Source: an uncultured Eubacteriales bacterium
GTDB taxonomy: Bacteria; Bacillota; Clostridia; Oscillospirales; Oscillospiraceae
DNA: 64,000 nt
Direction of reading: 5' to 3'
NCBI GenBank assembly: GCA_900313925.1
Contig: OMTF01000026.1
Span: forward strand, 1,198-65,197
Shown: positions 18,264 through 27,400 of the stretch, piece after piece
How the letters are laid out: the number at the start of each line of letters is the position of its first letter
Position numbering within the stretch: the first letter of the stretch is position 1
The notes under the pieces: generated by a model
What the model saw: the letters and a program-made list of their open reading frames with translations, nothing else
Databases searched by the model: none
What the model was told of the DNA's origin: nothing
Made by a program: the position numbers and the translations under genes

Positions 18264-18319
18264 AATGAAAAACATACATTTTGAAACAGGTTGGAATTTC
18301 GGAAGGAAGCAGTAAAGAC

Positions 18320-18430
18320 ATGAAACTCGAAACCAAGAGAAAGAAGAGTGTTGCAGCGGCTCTGGCCGCCATGGTAATAACAGCCGCGCTTTTTTCGTCG
18401 AATATTGGGAGAGCGGACGAGCTGCCCCCC
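18320..18430 (+). other. Sec signal-peptide-encoding segment of the giant adhesin, in a different frame from the body
   Basis: ATG 18320 follows GGAAGGAAG and encodes MKLETKRKKSVAAALAAMVITAALFSSNIGRADELPP. It ends in the C6 run at 18425-18430. As assembled, this frame runs on to a stop at 18667. Confidence 0.8.
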
Positions 18431-21400
18431 GGCACCCGTGACAGAAAAGACCGTCGTTTCAAATGGCGACGGCAGCTATCAGCTGACGCTCAGCGTCACA
18501 GGCGCGACCGCCTCTCAGGACCCGGTAGACGCAAACGTAGTGGTGATCATGGACCGGTCAAGCGGCATGAGCAACGATTCGGAGCCCGGTGCCAAGAAAA
18601 TAGACGTGGAGATAGCGGCGGTAAAGAAAATCTCCGAACTGATCGAAACGAACAACGTAAACGATGAGTCACACGTTCACGTCGCCGTCGTCGACTACGG
18701 AGCGACTGCCAATCTGTCCAATTTTGGGGAATTTGAGGAAGAGGGGAAATCCTGGACCGACAGCAAGTCTGACTTTGAAGATTACGTTAACAATGTCTCG
18801 GTAGATTCGGTAGATATTACTAATTCATATTCACAAGGGAGAAACTGGGAGGCGGCTCTGTCCGGGGCCCTGGTTGCCGCAAACGCTATGCAGCGCACCG
18901 ATGAGAAGGGCAATCCGGTACCGACGTACATAGTGTTCCTTTCGCAGGGAGATCCTACTCTTCGCCAGACGGCGGTATATCCCATGAGGAGTATTAGATA
19001 CTTCTCACAGAATCGCGACCCCTCCACGAGAAAACCGAGAGATAATTCTGCATGGACAAGGCCGAACCTCCCCCCTTACGGCAGCGGGTGGAACGATCCG
19101 AATTCTTACAATTACGCGCAAGCATCCTCTGTGGCGGAACAAATCGTCGGCGAGGGCTATCACCTTCTTACGGTCAATATTTTTAATGATTCCGCGAACC
19201 CGAAACTGGAAGTTCTGGCTAATGAGAAAAATGTGCCGTATTATAACGCTCCAACGTCCGCCTATCTTCAGACTGCGATCGAAAGCATCAAAGAGAAAAT
19301 AAAGACCCCTGTTTCCTATGCATATAAGAACGTAAAAATTACAGACACGCTTACGGATATGACCGCATCCGACATCGAAGACGGCGTTGCGGACGGGGAA
19401 GTATCCTATTCCATCAAGCGCGAGTCCGATGAACAGGCGCACGAGTGGTATGGCGCTCCTTCGCTTACGTTCGAGGACGGAAAAGCCGTATGGGATCTGG
19501 GGGACATGGAACTGGAAGAGGGCGCCGAGTATTCCGCCTCATTCCGCGTCTGGCCGAACCAGACGGCGTATGACATTCTGGCCGATCTGAAAAACAGGGT
19601 AAAGAATTACGATTCTGATCTGAGTGAAAGCGAGAAAAAACAGATCATTCAGCTTGAGGACGACTCCGGGTACGTTATCGGATACGGATTCAAGACCAAC
19701 GTCGATTCCGACTCACAGGTGGATTATACGCATGTGATCCGCGAAAATATCAGCGAACTGCCGGATGGCACGACTCCGGGAGCGACATATACCGAGACCC
19801 GAAATGGAATCGACTACACTGCAGTTTATACAAATAACGATGACGGAAGAACGTACACAAAGACGATGACCGCAGCCGGTCAGTCCCAGCTGCCTGTCCC
19901 GGACCTCATTCCGCTGGAGGCGAAGCAGATCCCTGTAGAGAAAATATGGTACGACGCGGCAGATAACAGTCTGCGCCCGGAGGAGGTCAAATTAGAGATA
20001 TTCCGCGATGACGCCACGGAAGGCGAAAAAAGCGTGGGGGAGAGGGTATTAAATAGTAGTAACGCCTGGTCTCTTCAGGTCTATATCGCGCCGGGACTCA
20101 TCGATAAAGACGGAAATGTCCTGAACGCAGGGCACGACTATTACGTTAAAGAAGAAAATCTGAACGACGCTTATGAGATGTTCTGTGATCCTAAGCATCC
20201 TATGGTCGTAAACGGAAATCTGCAGAGTTCTTCCACAGAGAATACTCCGGCTAAATTACAGGCGGAAAACAATCTGAAAGGGAGCCTTATCGTGACAAAG
20301 ACGGTCAGAAAAGCAGCTTCTGACCTCACGCCGGATCCGGAAACTGAATTCACGTTCCAATTCAGTCTTAAAGAGTCTTCGGCCGAGGACGCATCGGCAT
20401 GGTCCGGCACGGCAAAGATCGTGAATAAGGACGACTCGTACACAGAAGTGCCCGTGACCGACGGAACGGAGATAAGGATCCGCTCTTCACAGACCATCCG
20501 TATAGATAAGATGCCGAACGGGACGTACTATGAAGTCAAAGAGGTCCGCCTCCCAGACGGATATACGCTAGACGAACTGAAGGGATCCGAGGGGACGACT
20601 TCCGATCTCGCAAACCTGACGATCTCAGGCGAGGCCAAAACGCTCACGACGCAGAACCTTGTATTCAACAATATGTACACGGCTGCCCCTGTCGACATCA
20701 CGATCCCGGTGCATAAGCACGTTTCGGGCGAAGACGTTCCGGACATAACGGGAGCGTACACGTTTACTCTGACCGCAAGCGAGGGAGCCCCGCTTCCGCG
20801 CGTTCAGTCGAAGACCAATCCGGACGCGGACGGCGGGAAGATTCTTTTCGGAACCGATGACGATAAGATCACTTTCACGAAGAAAGGTGAGTATATCTAT
20901 ACGGTGACGGAGACGAACACCCCAGAAAAAACCATTCCGGGCATGACAAACGACCCGGCTTATCAACGCAACATCGGCGTTGTGATCGAAGACGACGGGA
21001 AAGGGCATCTGACCGCGAAGCTTACCATGACAAAATCCGATTCGGACGGATGTGAGAGTTTCACCAACACCTATCTCTCGCAGGATGCGAAGGTAAGCAT
21101 ACCGGTTTCGAAAGGTCTCGAGGTACCTGACGGGCTTACCGGGCCAGACATCACAGGAAAATACAAGTTCACGCTTACGGCGGTCAGCGCATCTCTCGAT
21201 GATGGAAGAGCCCTTGCGGCGGCAGATATGCCGATGCCGGCATCGGGTGGCGAATCGGTTCTGAACAGCGAGTCGCGCGGAGGAAATATGACGTTCGGTG
21301 AGATCGCTTTTGACGAACCGGGACAGTACACATATCAGATCACCGAGAGCAACAATACATCGGACGGCAGAGCGCTCCCCGGCGTTACGAACGACAGCGA

Positions 21401-24400
21401 ATCGACAAAGACGGTCGTCGTCACGGTCACCGCTTCCAACACCGTGATCGAAGGAAAAAACGTCAGGATACTCAGCGCTACCCTGCCTACCACGACTTTT
21501 ATCAACAAATACAGCGCGGCGCAGGTCTCTGCCTCCGTACCCGTAAAGAAGATGCTCGATTCCACAACCGGGTTCAAACCGGACATCGCAGGGAAATACA
21601 CATTCTATCTGGCGACGACGGATCCGGATATGCCTATGCCGGAGGGAACGCAGACGCTTTCCGACGGAACTCGCTATGTGACAGTTACAAACCCTGACAG
21701 CGACGGAGGGACCGCATCCTTCCCTGCCATCACGTTCACAAAAGAAGGAACGTATGACTACGCCGTGCGCGAGACGGGGAAAGTCGCCGGAGTGACGAAC
21801 GACGCCAATCCGGTAAGGAGAGTCTCGATTGTCGTTGTCGATGATACGAAAGGGAATCTGTATATCGACGATGCCAAGTCCATCGGGCTATCCGAACCTA
21901 CGACGTTCACGAACAAGTACTCCGTCAGCTCTGTCATGGGCTCGATCACACTGAAGAAGACGCTGGCCTGCGACGCCGGTCTTACCCCACCGGATATCAG
22001 TAACGCTTATACGTTCCGGATCACGGCTCTGACGGATGGCGCGCCTATGCTGGACGGCGCGGGGACCGGTACCGACGACGACGGGCACAGATACGTCACG
22101 GTAACAAACCCTGACAAAGACGGCGGAACGATCTCCGTGAATAACCTCGCATTCACCCGGGAGGGGACATACCGCTATAAGGTCGAGGAAACGGGCAGCA
22201 AAGCCGGGGTAGAGAACGACAGCACGCCTGTCCGATATATACAGTTCGTCGTCACGGACGAACATGACGGCACACTTTCCGTCAAGATAAAGACGACAGA
22301 CGCGGACGGCGGTAACGCCACCGACGTCCCGGATAACACAGTCGAATTCGTAAACACGTATTCGGTCAAGGGCGTCACCATAAACGCCTCGGTAAGGAAG
22401 ACACTCTCCGTGCCTTCGGGATTTACCGCGCCGGACGTCACCGGCAAGTTCACATTCACGCTGTCAGCGTCGGGAGACGTTCCGATGCCGGAAGGATCCC
22501 AGACCTCATCGCAGGGCGTGACGGCAAAGGCGGTCGTGAATCCGGACGCGGACGGCGGCACGGCTTCATTCGGGGACATCACTTTTACAAAGCCGGGGAC
22601 ATATAAATACGGCATTTCCGAAAACAGTGACAACTCCCTGAACGACATCATACAAAACGACGCGGCAAACCCTAAGATCGCGACAGCCACGGTGACCGAC
22701 AATTCCGACGGCACCCTGCGCGTGGTCGTCACGTCCACATATAAAGACGTGCTCGGAAACGACACCACGGTCACTTTATACGACAGCAAAACCTCGGAGA
22801 GCGCGGAGCCTGTTTCTTTCACGAACACGTATAAGCTGCCGGATCCGGTCACCTGCATCATCCCTGTGACGAAGGAGATCGACCGCCCTGCCGGTTCAAA
22901 CCCTGAGAGCATAAAGAACGACTTCACCTTCAGCATCGAAGCGGATTCCGCGGGAGCCCCGCTGCCGGCGGAAAACACGTCGATAACGAATCCGGACGAT
23001 GAGGGAGGCACAGCCGAATTCGGAGCCATCTCCTTCACATCTCCGGGCACTTACAGATATAAGATCACCGAATCGAATACGGATCCTGCAAACCCGCCAG
23101 AGGGCTTTACAGAAGATGAGAACAATCCTAAGTACGTGACCGTCGTCGTGACCGACAATAAAAACGGTTCCATGAATGCCAAACTCTACGGAGCAGACAC
23201 GGTCTGGAATTCCGATGGCACCGTGAAGGAGGAATACAGTTCCACGACTTTTATTAATAAGTACGACACCTCCGCCGTGCTGGTGAACATCCCTGTCACG
23301 AAGGCGATAGACAGCGCCGAAGGCACGTCCCACCAGGACGCCACAGGTCTGTTTTCGTTTACGCTGACAGCAGGTAGGAACGACGCGGGCGTTGAAACCC
23401 CTATGCCTTCGGGCGAAGGGAATGTTGCGTATAACCCGGATTCCGATGGCGGTACGGCATACTTCGGCAGCATCACGTACTCAAAAGTCGGGGTGTACCA
23501 CTATACAATAAAAGAAAACGACACGGACACGGAAACCGGCGGATTCACATACGACAAGAGCGAAAAAGAAGTAATCGTCACGGTATCGGATAACGGACAG
23601 GGTCAGCTCGTTGCGGAGATACAAGGTGCGGACTCCACGACGGATAAGACCGTTTCTTCCACAACTTTTACAAACTCGTACACTTCGAAAGGAACGTACG
23701 GATTCACTGCCGCGAAGAAACTGAATGCCCTGAACGGCACGACGGGACCGGACATCACGAATAAATTCCGCTTTACTCTCACGGCAGACGACGCATCGAA
23801 TCCTATGCCTTCCGGATCGATCACCGCGTCGGACGGAACGGTCTCTAAGACAGTCGAAGGACCTAACGAAGCAGGCTACGTGGTCTTCGGGAGCGCCGAA
23901 TTCACGAAAGAAGGCGAGTACTCCTATACGATCCGCGAGTCGGGAGGCAGCCTGCCGGGCGTGGAGAACGACACGGCGGAAAAGAAGATCACGCTGAGCG
24001 TCAAAGACGGCGGCATGGGCAAAATGAACATCACGGTAAAAGACGGCTCAGATAAACCGGCTTTCGAGAACACTTACGCCGCCGAAGGCACAGCCGAAAT
24101 TTCCGTGTCCAAAAAACTCAGCGGCGTTCCATCCGGCGCAGCCGTCGACATCAGCAGCAAATATCGCTTCACACTCACTGCGGACGAAGGCACTCCGCTG
24201 CCGGAGACGACCTCTTACACGAACCCGGACTCCGACGGAGGAACCGTCAAGTTCAGCGGCATCAAATACACCTCTCCGGGGCAGTACACTTACACGATAA
24301 CCGAATCCAACGAAGGCGACGCTGTGCCGGGAGAGACAAACGACGCGAATTCCTCGCGCACGGTTGTCGTGAAAGTGACCGATAACAAAGACGGAACCTT

Positions 24401-27400
24401 GATGACCCGTGTCACCGGAGATACCACATTTACGAACGTATATAAGGCAGATCCAGTAAACGTTTCCATCCCGGTGCGCAAAGGCATCGACAATCCTCAG
24501 AACGTGATCTTGCCAGATTTCACGGGCGACTTCACGTTCACGCTGACGGGAGAAGACAATGCACCGCTCCCGGAGGTTACGGTCCTTACCAACCCGATGG
24601 AGAGAGGCGGCGACCTCACGTTCGGCAGCATCGAATTCACGGAAGCCGGAACATACACGTATAAAATAAAAGAGACTTCGACCAAAGATGAGGCTACGAC
24701 AGCCGTCATCTTCGACAGCGAGCCCGAGAGGACCGTGACGGTCGTCGTTACCGATGACGGCAGCGGCAGACTCAGCGCGGCGGTATACGAGGGGAGCGCA
24801 GAGACAGGCTCTGAAATAACCGCTGAGTCCCCCTTGACGTTTAATAACACATTCTCGCCTGCCGTAATCCAGGTGAGAGCTTATAAGACTCTCCTCGGGC
24901 GCAACATGATGCCGGGAGAAAAATTCACGTTCAGGATCGAGCCCGGAGACGAGAGCACTCTCGAATCCCTTAGAGATGACCAGATAGCGCTTACAGACGG
25001 TACTACGCCGGCGAATTACCTGGAGACCACGGTATCGAACCTCACAGACGGTCACAAGACGGTATTCTCGTTCGGCAGCGCGATATTCCGCGAGCCGGGG
25101 GACTACTACTTCAAAGTCACTGAGGTCGTTCCTGCCGACGCGGACAAAAAACCGAACGTTACGTACGACAGTTCAGAACAGTATCTGAAGATAACCGTCA
25201 CGCAGAACGCAGACAAAACGTTGTCGGCCGCGGCTTCGACCGTGGCCAAAGGATCGGACGGCAGCTGGTCTGACGATACCGACGGAACGGGCTTTGTCAA
25301 TAAATATATCGTTTCGACCGTATCGGAAAAACCCTGGATTAGCAAAATCGCAAGATCAAGTCCGGACGACACGGGCGTTGCGGTGCCGTTCAACGCAGGA
25401 GATTTCACGTTCACCGCATACTATAAGAAAGGCGAACTGGAGAATACGCCTGTCAGTTCAGTGACGAACCCTGACGATTCCGCAGACGGCAGTGACCGGT
25501 TCGAATTCAACCACATCGAATTCTTCACCGCGGACGCTCCAGCGGGAGAGTTCACGCTCCAGGAACTCGTCGACAAGGGTACCGCAGAAAAGACCGTCAC
25601 GGCGGACGGTGTGACGACGTATAAGATCGACTATATCATCAAGGAAACGGAGGAGCCGGACCAGTACACAACGAACGACCAGGGATATTCATTCCAGATG
25701 GTAGTGACGGACGACGGCAAAGGAAACCTCACCGTTGCGCAAGATCCTGACTATGACTTTGAATTCGACAACTATCTGAAGTCGGCTGCAGTTAGAGTGA
25801 CGCTGGACGGACGCAAGACTCTGAGCGGACGCGAACTGAAACAGGGCGAAGTGACGTTCCGGCTGGAACCGGCTGATAATGCGAACCCTATGCCTTCGGA
25901 AGGCACGGAGACCGACGCGGACGGGAAAAAATACAAGACCTCGACGAACGTAGTCGGCGGCGAAGTACATTTCGGCAATATCGTGTTCACTCAGGATAAT
26001 ATGGTCGGCGTACCGGTGAATGGATACAGGGACTTTAAATATACCGTATCTGAGGCACCTACGACCGCGGGCAGCATGCCTAACGTAACGTTCCAGGATC
26101 CAGAGGAGTTCACGATCCGGGTATTTAAGAAAATTAAAGAGGGAAGTACTTCGGATTTCGTACTTGACTACGAGATTCTTGACAAAGACGGGAATAAAGT
26201 TAAAACCGCGTTCATCTTCGAGAACGTCTACACACCGGAGCCTGCAACGGCAACCATCAAAGCGTATAAGGCGCTGGAGACGACAAACAGCGCAGGCTTA
26301 ACGTGGAAGAGCTTCAGCGGAAAGTTCAGCTTCATTCTCGAAGCCGCGAACAACGACGCGGGCGTACAGACGCCGATGCCGGAAAACGGAGTGAAGACCG
26401 ACGAAGACGGCGATCGATACGTGGTCGTGACGCTGACGGATACTTCTGCGAACGGCGCGCCTCTGACCGAGCCAGCGTGCGTGGAGTTCGACAGCATTAA
26501 GTTCGAAAAACCGGGTATCTATAACTATTTGATCACAGAGACAGGAAACTCCGGCGGCGTCACCAACGACCGGGACACCGAACGCCGCATAGCAGTCCGG
26601 GTGACCGACGATCCTTCTACCGGCAGACTGTCTGCAAAAGTATATAACGAGAACGGCATTCCGAAAAGCGAGGATGTCAGCAGCCGCACGACGTTCACGA
26701 ACAAATACGCCACAGCCCCTGCGACGGCTGTGATAACGGTCACGAAGAAACTCTCTGTGCCTGAAGGCACGAACGGACCGTCCGACATCGCAGGCAAGTT
26801 CACATTCACTCTGCGTCCGGGCACAAACACTGCGGAAGGCAGCATTGAAACGCCGATGCCGGAAGGATCGCCTTCCGACAGCGAAGGTGTCTATGCGACG
26901 GTGACGAACCCGGACAAAGACGGCGGGACTGCGTCGTACGGCAGCATCAAGTTCGAAAAACCGGGTGTCTATACTTACACAATAAGCGAGAGCGGCACGG
27001 CAGACGGCATCCTGAACGATTCTGAAAAGACCGTGACCGTTACGGTCACAGACCTCGGAAACGGCAAATTGAAAGCCGATGTGACCGAACAGGCTACGTT
27101 CACGAACTCATACTCCGTCAAACCTGTTTCGGCAGAACTCACGGTGACGTGCGCTTTGAAGTCTTCGACCCCGAGGATCGAACTTCTGAATATCAAAGAC
27201 CAGTATACGTATACCATCGGGACTGCGACCAGAGGCCCTTCAGCTCCGATGCCTGAAAAGACCGTGATCAAGAACACGAGCGACAGCGCAGACGAGAACG
27301 GACGCGGTACGTATTCGTTCGGAAACGTGGAGTTCACCGCACCGGGGACGTATGTGTATCTGATTACACAGAGCGGGAACATTCCGGGAGTCGTGAATGA

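Noticed and set aside
18405-18407. TTG at 18405 as the true start codon of the giant adhesin, as implied by the ORF track.
   Set aside because: It has no SD and would give a surface protein with no signal peptide. A complete signal peptide with an SD lies just upstream in another frame, so 18405 is only where the frame opens.
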